From a virus (Duplodnaviria; Caudoviricetes), in the IMG/VR virus record IMGVR_UViG_3300029305_002203, positions 1 to 64,000 of that record: a stretch of 64,000 nt of DNA; one strand, given 5' to 3'. The first letter of the stretch is position 1, and each line of letters starts with the position of its first letter. The notes beneath the pieces are model-generated. The model saw only the letters and a list, made by a program, of their open reading frames with translations. It was not told the origin of the DNA and searched no databases. Shown here piece by piece: positions 39,453 through 48,735 of this stretch. Both the position numbers and the translations under genes were made by a program.

Positions 39453-39790
39453 AACTGTTGCGACAGATTACGATTTGCGTAAAAAAAATTGAACAACCAA
39501 GATTTATCTTAACAAAAGTTGCGTAAAAGTTGCGTAAAAATCGCAAGTAGGGGTTGCGAAGCCAGTAAAATCAATGGTTTCAAAAATTCTTATCAAAGCA
39601 GATGTTAGGATAAATTATTCGGCAAAGATATATGCGAATGACGGTTCAAATCCCCTTATTTTCTAGGATTTGAGCCGTTTTTCTTTACTCAAAAACTAAT
39701 TCTTGATGCGTAATTATAATGGCATAACTTGGCATAAAACGGCATATTTTTTCAGTGTTTTGCGTATGAAATTGCAACGGATTTGCGTAA
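39445..39790. other. putative intact attP with arm-type repeats
   Basis: (T/A)TGCGTAA repeats at 39445, 39475, 39519, 39530, 39706, 39760, 39783; GGCATA x3 at 39721-39746; non-coding, downstream of int. Confidence 0.65.
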
Positions 39791-39881
39791 ATTATGAATG
39801 CAAGAATCTTCGGCTAAGTTTCGCAAATTAAGACCAAGTAACCGGGTAATTTTCTTGAAATAATTATTTCAAATAAAAAGT

Positions 39882-39925
39882 AAAAAAGGGGACATTCTCA
39901 TTGAGAATAATCCCCTTGATTTTTT
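39882..39925. terminator. bidirectional intrinsic terminator
   Basis: A-run AAGGGGA...TCCCCTT T-run between convergent arms. Confidence 0.75.
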
Positions 39926-39927
39926 AT

Positions 39928-40734
39928 TTACATGTGTACCAAATTTTGATAATGCGTATCTAATGTTAGTACAGCATTATATAAAACTGATAGAATAAAA
40001 TTTCTCATATTTGTTATCTTACTCGGATAACTATTAATCGCATCAATAGTATAAGTAATATGATTCATATTAACTTTCAATAATATAATTTTCAAATGTT
40101 CACAATTTATTTCCCCATTATTAATTTTAATACGTTCATAGTTATTAACGAATATATCTACAATTACATCTACAATATTATCTACCAGTTCTTTATCTGA
40201 CGAACCAACAAACACAGGCTTATAATCTATATTTGTTTGTATGATGTTAGTATATAAAGTATTATTCTTTATAGTATTATTACTTAAAGTCTTATTATAC
40301 GAGTGGGTTTCCCACTGCATAGGTAAGCTACCGAGTGGGTTTGCCACAAGTGGAGAAGCCACATGTGGGTTTTCAACATATGGCTTTATAGAAGTTTGAG
40401 CCGTAGGTGGATTTTCAACATATGGGTTATCACATACTTCATATTCATAATAAAACTGTTTTGTTTCGTCATCTTTAAGCCTATGTTGTATAAGATAACC
40501 ATTGTCTTTTAATTCTTTCCACGCACCTCTAAAAGAAGTTTCACCATCCGTAGATTTATTAATTAAGAACTGCTTATAAAGAATGAAGTTCTCCAAACTA
40601 ATATAAGATTCAATGAGTGATAATAATCCCTTGGCTTTCAAAGATAAATTCTCGTCTCTAAGAGCAATGTTACTTACTTGAGCAAATGATGTCTTTTTCT
40701 TTCTGAAAGCTCCTGATTGCTGCATATAAATCAC
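39928..40734 (-). CDS. replication initiator-like protein (wHTH N-term, DUF6017/DnaD-like C-term)
   Basis: FAQVSNIALRDENLSLKAKGLL; PYVENP linker repeats; ITNMRNFILSVLYNA. Confidence 0.75.
   Translation of the reverse strand: MIYMQQSGAFRKKKTSFAQVSNIALRDENLSLKAKGLLSLIESYISLENFILYKQFLINKSTDGETSFRGAWKELKDNGYLIQHRLKDDETKQFYYEYEVCDNPYVENPPTAQTSIKPYVENPHVASPLVANPLGSLPMQWETHSYNKTLSNNTIKNNTLYTNIIQTNIDYKPVFVGSSDKELVDNIVDVIVDIFVNNYERIKINNGEINCEHLKIILLKVNMNHITYTIDAINSYPSKITNMRNFILSVLYNAVLTLDTHYQNLVHM
40303..40433. repeat. iteron-like repeats inside rep (putative origin)
   Basis: GTGGGTTT.C.AC variants at 40303, 40335, 40350, 40365, 40407, 40422 next to AT-rich 40230-40300. Confidence 0.6.
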
Positions 40735-40737
40735 TCC

Positions 40738-41790
40738 TTATTTAATTAGTTTCATTAGTTTTTCTCTTGCAGAAAGTTCTTGAGTTGGTTTCTTATTTTG
40801 TATAGTTATAGTGTAATCATCTTTGAATGTTACACCAGCACTAAACTGCATATCTAACTCAATTTTCTTTTTGTCTTCTTTAATAGATTCGTATAATTTG
40901 TTAATAATAGTCATTGGATATTGCAATCCACTCATAAATATCATATCTGTTTTAGTCTGATATCCTTGGAATATATCTCTCCAATATCCAAAGGTTAATT
41001 GTAACTCATCATAATCAACTTTCACAGTCTTACGCATAGTAGAAGATTTAATCCCACAGTAGTATAATGTATTACGTGGTTCAATATCGGCAAAAATATT
41101 ATTTGCAATAGAAGTCTTTATTGCCGATGTAATATCTGTTTGTGTAGGTTTGCGAACAAAATGATTGAGAATACCATATCCCTTTTGTTCTAACATTGCA
41201 CAGATTTCAGAATAATCATAAATACCATCAATAGAAGTAGACACATCTGATATAAGAGAATAGATTAAATTAGCAAGTGTCTCATTGCTTTTAATAAAAT
41301 TAGACTCTTTATTGTTATCAACAATAAATACAGTATGTTGAGCACAACCGAATAACTCTTTAAGTAATTCATATGAATTGGTTTTTGCTTGTAATGACTC
41401 TGATAAACTTGGAATAGTAATAACCGGAATAACAATTTTTCCTAATTCATTTTCTAATAACTCTGTCATTAATGCACACATTCCAGAAGAAGTACCACCA
41501 CCAGTTGATCCAAATAAAAATACATACTTTCCAGTTAAATAACGTTCTATGTGTTTTAATATATCCTCATAATTATGTGCTAAATATTCTTTAGATACAT
41601 CTCTGTCTTTGTGACAACCAATCGCCCCCTTAACGTGATAGTAGTGCATATCTTGTAATCCTAAACTATTCAAATCTTCCATAGCAGAATTAATATAAAA
41701 ACTTGCCAAGTTATATTTTTTAAAAGCTGCAACCTGATTTCCACCACAAGCACCAATTCCTAATAATCCAAAATCTTTTAAGTCATGCAT
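40738..41790 (-). CDS. tubZ: tubulin/FtsZ-family GTPase (TubZ-like)
   Basis: GIGACGGN, tubulin signature GSTGGGTSSG, VDN, D..EI. Confidence 0.85.
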   Translation of the reverse strand: MHDLKDFGLLGIGACGGNQVAAFKKYNLASFYINSAMEDLNSLGLQDMHYYHVKGAIGCHKDRDVSKEYLAHNYEDILKHIERYLTGKYVFLFGSTGGGTSSGMCALMTELLENELGKIVIPVITIPSLSESLQAKTNSYELLKELFGCAQHTVFIVDNNKESNFIKSNETLANLIYSLISDVSTSIDGIYDYSEICAMLEQKGYGILNHFVRKPTQTDITSAIKTSIANNIFADIEPRNTLYYCGIKSSTMRKTVKVDYDELQLTFGYWRDIFQGYQTKTDMIFMSGLQYPMTIINKLYESIKEDKKKIELDMQFSAGVTFKDDYTITIQNKKPTQELSAREKLMKLIK

Positions 41791-41792
41791 AC

Positions 41793-42053
41793 TTATACCC
41801 CCTTAATTAAATTAATACCATCTTCAGTAATGTAATACATTTTTTGATTACCATAGTTCCCTGATTGACAAACCAAACCTTTATCAATTAATGAGGATAA
41901 ATGTTTCCAAATACAAGATCTTTTTACTTCGGTTATATTCATTTCTTTAATAGTCAACCCAAGTATATGATTTGTTGCCCCATTAGAATCTAAGGAACTT
42001 AAAATGAGATAATCAATTCTGGAAAGTTCTGTATGATTCCCTGCTGTTTCCAT
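41793..42053 (-). CDS. winged-HTH protein, TubR-like adaptor
   Basis: Small wHTH (YYITEDG) immediately upstream of tubZ; GGAGG SD. Confidence 0.65.
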   Translation of the reverse strand: METAGNHTELSRIDYLILSSLDSNGATNHILGLTIKEMNITEVKRSCIWKHLSSLIDKGLVCQSGNYGNQKMYYITEDGINLIKGV

Positions 42054-42081
42054 ATGTTCCCTCCTTTTCTTAACAGTCACA

Positions 42082-42121
42082 AAATGTTATAAAGTGTTAC
42101 AAAGTGTTCCTTTGTTGTTCA
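42082..42121. repeat. 10-bp-phased direct repeats upstream of tubR (tubC-like)
   Basis: AAAATGTTAT-AAAGTGTTAC-AAAGTGTTCC-TTTGTTGTTC. Confidence 0.45.
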
Positions 42122-42202
42122 CATTATAAACAGTATTGTTTATAAAGTCAACAGATATATTTTTTATTTTGTGATATAATTATAGTGAAGGGAGAGAAGA
42201 GT

Positions 42203-42400
42203 ATGGAAGTTAATTATGATAAATTGTTTGTATATATGTTTAAAAATAATATAAGTAAAAGTGAGTTAGCTGAAAAGGCTGGGATTAGTAGAAATACAAT
42301 CATTAAAATGACAAAAGGTGAGCCAGTACATTTATCTGTAATATTAGCAATTTGTGAAGCCTATGGACTTCCATTATCAGATGTAATTCAAGAAAAATAA
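42203..42400 (+). CDS. Cro/C1-type HTH regulator (HTH_26)
   Basis: VNYDKLF...SKSELAEKAGISRNTI; TGnTATAAT promoter at 42172-42180. Confidence 0.85.
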   Translation: MEVNYDKLFVYMFKNNISKSELAEKAGISRNTIIKMTKGEPVHLSVILAICEAYGLPLSDVIQEK

Positions 42401-42442
42401 AAAAAGGGGACTACTCTTGAATTGAGTAATCCCCTTAATTTA
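42399..42442. terminator. bidirectional terminator, near-copy of 39882-39925
   Basis: AAAAAAGGGGAC...ATTGAG.TAATCCCCTT. Confidence 0.75.
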
Positions 42443-43771
42443 TTATTCAGATAAATCTAATAGCATATTATATTCATCCTCAGAAATAATTTTTAATGCC
42501 CAATCTTTAGGACAATACATTTTAAATTTCTTATTTATATTATTCTTCTTATAGTACATATTCCATAAGTAAACATTAGCCAAAGAACGAGCTTTATGCA
42601 TTTCACATATGTATGTTGCACGTTTGTCCGGTGTGCCAAATTCTTGATAATTATATGCGCTACACCACGAACACCCTTCAGCAATAGGGCAGTAAAAACA
42701 TTCATCTGTACTTTGAGTTTTACGATCAATACAGTTTAAACAATGCAAACAATCTTTTTCACATTTAGATGATGCAATGCCATCATTTACATTTCCGATC
42801 CTCATTGGATTACGAGTACAACCAAGAGATGACTCCATATATCTAATACAAGGATATAAGTACCCATCTGGGTCACATGATAACATTAATCCAGTTCCTC
42901 CACACCAATTTTGTAGGTCATTTTCATTTTTCTGTTTGAAGAAGCTTTCTTCAAATAAAGAACAATATATATCCCCAACTAAGTCATTATCAATAAAATA
43001 ATTGGCAATCTTTTTTAATTGTTTATAAAATTCTACAGAGTGTTCTTGTTCCCATCCTTTTTCATAAACACAATTTGCATTTATATCTAAATAGCCCAAA
43101 TCAACCATATGAATAATTGCATCATAAAGATAATTTATGTTACCAGGAGCAATAGTTATTTTGCTTCCCATATAATTACCTTTTGCAATCCAATCGTTTG
43201 CACCAGCAACTGCAATATCATAGCTTGGATTTCCATTAGGGAATATTCTGCAAGAGTCATGTAGTTCTTTATTACCATCAATAGTGATAGAAAAAGACAT
43301 ATGATCTTTATTTTTATTTAAAAACTTTTGCACTCTTTCATCAAAATAAAGTACGCCATTAGAACATATACTTATACAATAATTCGTTGCCCAAGGATGT
43401 ATCAATTCAATGGTGCGTTCTCTAAAATAATCTACGATTTGATCTATTAATTCAATTTCAAGAAAAGGTTCTCCACCAATAAATTCAAGTATGATTGCAG
43501 GAGAGTTTTCAGGATTAATATATTCTTTAAAACCTTTTTTCCCGGAGAGTAATAAGTCAATATATTGCTTTGCAATATCAAAAGACATTCTTCTTTTTCC
43601 TTTATTGATTTGGTAACAATATGTACATGCAAGGTTACAATTATCTGTCACTTGAAAAGTTACAGTTCTTGATAATACCATTTTAGATGAGTCATTAGAT
43701 GAATATTCAGGGTACAATCTTGCAATCATATCTTGCCATTGTTCAAGTCTTCTTAATTTCTTTTCTGTCAT
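42443..43771 (-). CDS. radical SAM/SPASM peptide maturase (CXXX-repeat target family, TIGR04115-like)
   Basis: CNLACTYC, FIGGEP, SITIDG; SPASM WCGG...YPC...CFYCPIAEGCSWC...IC. Confidence 0.9.
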   Translation of the reverse strand: MTEKKLRRLEQWQDMIARLYPEYSSNDSSKMVLSRTVTFQVTDNCNLACTYCYQINKGKRRMSFDIAKQYIDLLLSGKKGFKEYINPENSPAIILEFIGGEPFLEIELIDQIVDYFRERTIELIHPWATNYCISICSNGVLYFDERVQKFLNKNKDHMSFSITIDGNKELHDSCRIFPNGNPSYDIAVAGANDWIAKGNYMGSKITIAPGNINYLYDAIIHMVDLGYLDINANCVYEKGWEQEHSVEFYKQLKKIANYFIDNDLVGDIYCSLFEESFFKQKNENDLQNWCGGTGLMLSCDPDGYLYPCIRYMESSLGCTRNPMRIGNVNDGIASSKCEKDCLHCLNCIDRKTQSTDECFYCPIAEGCSWCSAYNYQEFGTPDKRATYICEMHKARSLANVYLWNMYYKKNNINKKFKMYCPKDWALKIISEDEYNMLLDLSE

Positions 43772-43792
43772 TCCTTTTACTCCTATAATTCC

Positions 43793-44140
43793 TTATTCAA
43801 CATTTTCTAAAGCTGCAATTCCACATTCGCATAAAACATCTATTGTCATAATATTAGTAGTAAAATCAACACTCCAGTTATACTGATGTTTACCATATAA
43901 TTCTTCTGGAACATATAACTTTTCAACTTCCAATTTTGCCATTTCATACTCTGCCTTAATTCTTGACAACTCTTCAGAATATTTCAAAAAAGGTTTGCTT
44001 ACAAACAAACTATCATCAGTATCATCCTTATGCATCTCAAGTAATTTAGTAATAATTTCTTCTCTTGTGAATACTTCATAATTTAATCTCTGTAAATAAT
44101 TAACCATATCCTGAGTAACACTAATTTTAATCTTTTTCAT
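43793..44140 (-). CDS. CXXX-repeat modification system partner protein (TIGR04116-like)
   Basis: Small helical protein ending W.VDF.T between substrate and rSAM. Confidence 0.6.
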   Translation of the reverse strand: MKKIKISVTQDMVNYLQRLNYEVFTREEIITKLLEMHKDDTDDSLFVSKPFLKYSEELSRIKAEYEMAKLEVEKLYVPEELYGKHQYNWSVDFTTNIMTIDVLCECGIAALENVE

Positions 44141-44162
44141 AATTTAATTCTCCTTATTTTCT

Positions 44163-45455
44163 TTATACTGAAGCTTTTGCTGAGCCAAAACATTGTGCAG
44201 AGCAAGTAGCATAACAATTTGTTGAGCATGTTGTTGAACATGAATTTTTACATGTGGCTGTACAATTTGTATTACAACTACTTCCACACCCAGTAGAACA
44301 TGTTGTATAACAAGTAGTAGTACATTGGCCGTAACAAGAACCTTTGCAACCTGAACATTGAGAAGAACATCCGGCACAACCATCACAACCCGAACATGAA
44401 GCGCAAGAGCCACTACATCCTGAGCAACCTGAACCACATCCTGATGAACAACCATTACAACCACCAGTACAACTAGTACATCCACTAGAACATCCGGTAC
44501 CACATCCTTCTGCACATCCTGTGCCGCATCCTATAGCACATGAGCCTCCGCATCCATCTCGGCAAGCACCGTCACAACCAGAACATCCGTTACATCCTCC
44601 GCAAGAACTTGTACAATCACCAGAACAACCACTAGAACATGCACTTGCACAACCTGAACCACAACCACTTGTACAGTTTGAACCACAACCGCCTTGGCAG
44701 CCATAACATCCACCACCACATCCTGCGCCACAACCAGTAGAACAACTACCACCGCAACCAGAACAACCGGTGCAGTCAGCACATCCAGACGAACAACCTG
44801 ATGAACAAGAAGCACCGCATCCACCAGAACAAATATTACCGCATCCGTTAGCACAAGTTGTTCCACAAGTAGCAGTACATCCACTGCCACAACCGCCAGA
44901 ACATCCTGAACAGCCACCATCACATCCTGAACACGATGAACAAGACGAACTGCAACCAGCACATCCTCCACAAGCAGAAGCGCAAGTAGTGCCACAACCA
45001 GTACACGCAGTTCCACATCCTCCGCTACATGTATTACCACAACTTCCTATACAAGTTGCAGAGCAACCGCCAGTACAAGTTCCGCTACATCCGTTACATC
45101 CTCCTGAACAAGTACCAACACACAATCCAGTACAAGCACCTCTACAAGATGAGGTAGTTCCGGTCATAGTTTCTTTTGCCAATGTATCAACATAAGTAAT
45201 TAATTCATTTGTGAAACTGCTTGGTATAAGTTCATTCTGTTTAACGAATTTTAAGTTTCCTTTATCTTTAATTTGCAGTAACAAGTCTATTGTCTTCTGA
45301 CCATGTTCTGCTAAAATTGTTCCACCTTGTTTTGGGGCAGTAGTAAAATCATACGTTGTTGCAGCAAAAGAAGAAAGAGATCCATATCCAGATCTCCTTG
45401 CCATTTCTGCTTTAACTTTATTTTTCAAACTAACAATTTCTGTTGCTGTAAGCAT
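44163..45455 (-). CDS. 430-aa Cys/Gly/Ser-rich CXXX-repeat protein, putative rSAM substrate and tail-associated protein
   Basis: ~100-aa Cys-free N-domain then ~86 Cys spaced only Cx2C/Cx3C; ATG 45455 with GGGGTGA SD overlapping the upstream tail gene stop. Confidence 0.85.
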   Translation of the reverse strand: MLTATEIVSLKNKVKAEMARRSGYGSLSSFAATTYDFTTAPKQGGTILAEHGQKTIDLLLQIKDKGNLKFVKQNELIPSSFTNELITYVDTLAKETMTGTTSSCRGACTGLCVGTCSGGCNGCSGTCTGGCSATCIGSCGNTCSGGCGTACTGCGTTCASACGGCAGCSSSCSSCSGCDGGCSGCSGGCGSGCTATCGTTCANGCGNICSGGCGASCSSGCSSGCADCTGCSGCGGSCSTGCGAGCGGGCYGCQGGCGSNCTSGCGSGCASACSSGCSGDCTSSCGGCNGCSGCDGACRDGCGGSCAIGCGTGCAEGCGTGCSSGCTSCTGGCNGCSSGCGSGCSGCSGSCASCSGCDGCAGCSSQCSGCKGSCYGQCTTTCYTTCSTGCGSSCNTNCTATCKNSCSTTCSTNCYATCSAQCFGSAKASV

Positions 45456-45460
45456 AAAAA

Positions 45461-46420
45461 TCACCCCCAGACTGCTTTCGTTGCGACCCAAGCGGTGCCA
45501 TTATGGTATTTCATTATTCCACCATTACCAGTGTCAATCCATAATAATTCTCTATCAGTAGGAGCTGTAGCACCTATATAACTTCCACCTGAACCTGTTT
45601 CAATTGTTGTCCATGTTGTACCGTTTTTATATTGTAATTCTGCGTTATAAAATCGAATACCATGAGCACCATTCACTGTATTTATAGGTACATCATGTGC
45701 AGTTAATCTGTCGCCTACATTATCTATTTGTTCAGATACATCGTTTAATTGTCCAGCAAAATCACTTAATTGTTCAGCAAAATCGTTTAATTGTGAAGTA
45801 ATATCATCAGTTATATTTGCAAGACATAACCAATTAATATTTGTATCAGTGGGTTCACTGTCAGAATTTTGAACAAGACACTGCCAAAAAGCATTATTAT
45901 GAGCAACAAAATCATTTACTAAATAAAGTGATAAATTATTCCATAAACCTCTTGGGGAAAGTCCCAAACCTGACTCACCTTTCTCACCCTGAATAATTCT
46001 TGGAATCCAATATGTAGTGTTTGTTGGAAGAGTAGCAATAGGTGTATCATCTCTTAAACATTCAAATGTTTGAGTTATGCCATTAACCGAATATGTTACA
46101 AAATTGTATTTTACATATTTGGTTGTTGAATTCCATTCACCTTTATTGACTACTGTTTCATGTATATATGTTTGTATATTATTTAAAAATAAATCTTGGA
46201 CTTCTTCGATAGTCTTACTCAATCTATTCATATATACACTGTCAATAATACATTTTTGTAATTCTGCATTAGATTGTAATAATGTAGCAGCATTAGCAAA
46301 TTGACCATTTGCTATATAACTATTAAATTGTCTCCAGTCAGAATACACACTACTTGATACATCTGTTTTTAAATCAAATCTTTGTACACTGTCAGGAAAC
46401 GTTGTATAACTATTTGCCAT
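45461..46420 (-). CDS. tail fibre/baseplate-associated protein (module B)
   Basis: GEWNSTTKY/GLWN..Y repeats, QGEKGESG, GATAP...LWIDT. Confidence 0.7.
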   Translation of the reverse strand: MANSYTTFPDSVQRFDLKTDVSSSVYSDWRQFNSYIANGQFANAATLLQSNAELQKCIIDSVYMNRLSKTIEEVQDLFLNNIQTYIHETVVNKGEWNSTTKYVKYNFVTYSVNGITQTFECLRDDTPIATLPTNTTYWIPRIIQGEKGESGLGLSPRGLWNNLSLYLVNDFVAHNNAFWQCLVQNSDSEPTDTNINWLCLANITDDITSQLNDFAEQLSDFAGQLNDVSEQIDNVGDRLTAHDVPINTVNGAHGIRFYNAELQYKNGTTWTTIETGSGGSYIGATAPTDRELLWIDTGNGGIMKYHNGTAWVATKAVWG

Positions 46421-46431
46421 ATATTTTCCTC

Positions 46432-47841
46432 CTAGCTATAAGGATCTGTATCATAAAAAGCAACCATGCTAACATCCATAGTACCTCCAGTTGTTGATCC
46501 GTTTATTTGTTTTGTTACATATCTTTTTATATCTTTAGTAGTGTATGATTGATGTTCAATTAACCAATTAACATCCAACCAAGGAATATCAATCATATTT
46601 AAATTTATACTTTCTTGCAATCTACAAGCATGATAAAGTTCATAATTTGCTCTATCTTGAGCTAATGAATTTGAATAAATCTTACTATATTCATCACTGG
46701 ATAATATCTTAGTTATTTCTTCCCCAATATTAGACTTATGAAATGGTGAGAGAGTGTTTGTTTCACTTGCTTCTGCATACACCTGATGTTCACCAAGCCA
46801 ATAAAAGTCATTATTTACTTTTCTATATTTGAATACATTGTATGTTTCTATGGCAAGCGTTTTTGCAGGGATATGTTTTCCTTTGTCATCTACAATATAA
46901 GCCGTTGTTCCTGCAATAGTTAACTTGGAATCTGCACCATTTGTTTGAGGAATAAGAATTGCATATAAATCAAAGTTGCCTACAGATGTGACAGTTGCAA
47001 TAGTGGGAGTATATGTATTAGTAGAAGTATCATAAGTACATGTATCCGTAGAATAAGTTGGTTCTAATTGTTGTCCCCATACAACAACTCGGTTATATAT
47101 TTCTTTAAATGAAGTGTTTAAACCCTCACTGATAACAAGAGGAGAAATAAAATCATAGGTAAGCAAAATATTATCACTATCTTGATGTGGGATTTTTTGA
47201 ATAATAAATGTACCATTAATATCAAAAAACATTTCAAAATCAGAAAATAAAGAAACTACTTCGTTTAATACATCATAATAAGTTTGTGTTGCATCAAATT
47301 CCATTTCGTATGGAATAAGTAATCCATCTAAGTCAGATAAAATATATTTAGTTACATTTGCTTCTTTAAGAAGTGTAACAAGTAATTCTCGAACATTTTC
47401 ATCTTCCTCAAACTTAATAGAACTCTTTAATGCACCGTTTCTGTCACCATTTAATTTACTCATAAGATCCGAACAACTAAGTGAAAGAGTATTAGTAGAT
47501 GAATCAAAAGAGTAATTACTGTCAAGCATTATAAATGTGCCTTTAAGATATTTAATTATCTCACCAGTTCGAACCTCCTTGATGCAAATATAAGGTCTAA
47601 TATACTTGTCCATCCATATACGTTTATCAGTTCCTATTAACATAGAACTATCAGTAACTAATAAATCCATAGAATAAGTTCGTCTAATCGCAGAGTTTGC
47701 ATCAATAGAAAACGAATCAGATATCAATTTCCCTTCTACAACATCAACAACTTTCATATCTGAATTTAACAACTCAACAGTTACAAACAAATCCTTTACA
47801 TTTTGATTTATGATATTTTTATCTCTCTGAGTAATAACCAT
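46432..47841 (-). CDS. tail hub/Tal-like protein (DUF5048-like), module B
   Basis: SAIRRT, MFFDINGTF, IPWLDVN. Confidence 0.65.
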   Translation of the reverse strand: MVITQRDKNIINQNVKDLFVTVELLNSDMKVVDVVEGKLISDSFSIDANSAIRRTYSMDLLVTDSSMLIGTDKRIWMDKYIRPYICIKEVRTGEIIKYLKGTFIMLDSNYSFDSSTNTLSLSCSDLMSKLNGDRNGALKSSIKFEEDENVRELLVTLLKEANVTKYILSDLDGLLIPYEMEFDATQTYYDVLNEVVSLFSDFEMFFDINGTFIIQKIPHQDSDNILLTYDFISPLVISEGLNTSFKEIYNRVVVWGQQLEPTYSTDTCTYDTSTNTYTPTIATVTSVGNFDLYAILIPQTNGADSKLTIAGTTAYIVDDKGKHIPAKTLAIETYNVFKYRKVNNDFYWLGEHQVYAEASETNTLSPFHKSNIGEEITKILSSDEYSKIYSNSLAQDRANYELYHACRLQESINLNMIDIPWLDVNWLIEHQSYTTKDIKRYVTKQINGSTTGGTMDVSMVAFYDTDPYS

Positions 47842-47844
47842 AAG

Positions 47845-48735
47845 CTATACTCCTTCCACATCGACATCAGATAAACCAGCATTGTAAAGATCTGTTGTGC
47901 TATCACTGTCGCCTATTTCCGTGAATTCTATATTATAAATTATATTATCTGGATGACCATCTACTGATTGAGAGATTGTATTACCGGTGCTAACCATCCA
48001 TCTTCGCCCTTTGTTATCCTTTAAAATCATAGCTTGATTTTCTGTTAAAAAATTATTTACTTCTCGTCTGTAAGCAACGGCATTTTCAAAATCTAATTGA
48101 CAATTATCTTTCACTGGTACAAAACTTGTACTCATAGAAAGTGTATCATATTGTGACATTCCGTTAGAGATAGCAAATGGTTTCTTTCTGCCAAGAGTAG
48201 TTATAAATTCCTTATTCTGATTTGTTGTTACTTCCAACGATAAATTCACAAATGCATGATATTGTTTTGCTTGTGTACACAAGTAACATCCATCAAAATC
48301 TGATATAACAGTATTGGTTATATAATTGGCCTCTGTACTATTTAACACCGGAACAATTGCAACTTCGTATTGTGTTTTATTCCCTTTGAGATAGTAATAA
48401 GTTTTAGCAAAATTAAAATCTTCCTCGGAATTAATCTCGTATTCGTAGATGGTTCTCCATAAGGTGTCGCCATATTCTCTTACCTTAATCCTCATAGAAC
48501 TTATTGCACTAATTGGAATCAGAATATTTCCAGCAAGTAAATTCCCCTGGAATGTTGCCCAGAAGATTGTATTAATGTCCCAAATTAAAGAATCGTTTTG
48601 TTTGTTATAATCTGCATTTGCACTAACATATAAATCATTAATTAAACAGTTCATTACATCAATAACATTTATATTATCTCCCAATGTTGTTTTAAGCACA
48701 TCCGTGCCAGTTACAGTCGCACCAAGAAAAATCAT
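47845..48735 (-). CDS. distal-tail-like protein, module B
   Basis: YEVAIVPV, ILKD.KGR.W, FTEIGD. Confidence 0.6.
   Translation of the reverse strand: MIFLGATVTGTDVLKTTLGDNINVIDVMNCLINDLYVSANADYNKQNDSLIWDINTIFWATFQGNLLAGNILIPISAISSMRIKVREYGDTLWRTIYEYEINSEEDFNFAKTYYYLKGNKTQYEVAIVPVLNSTEANYITNTVISDFDGCYLCTQAKQYHAFVNLSLEVTTNQNKEFITTLGRKKPFAISNGMSQYDTLSMSTSFVPVKDNCQLDFENAVAYRREVNNFLTENQAMILKDNKGRRWMVSTGNTISQSVDGHPDNIIYNIEFTEIGDSDSTTDLYNAGLSDVDVEGV

Noticed and set aside
44144-45195. Alternative ORFs 44144-44515, 44531-45040 (Val-rich) and 44521-44706, 44770-45195 (Pro/Gln/His-rich)
   Set aside because: Frame and antisense shadows of the TGT/GGT-rich Cys-repeat gene; no SDs
44163-45455. Cys-rich gene as a low-complexity assembly artefact or VNTR
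   Set aside because: Repeats are at protein level with varied codons and no exact DNA tandem unit; a cognate rSAM is adjacent
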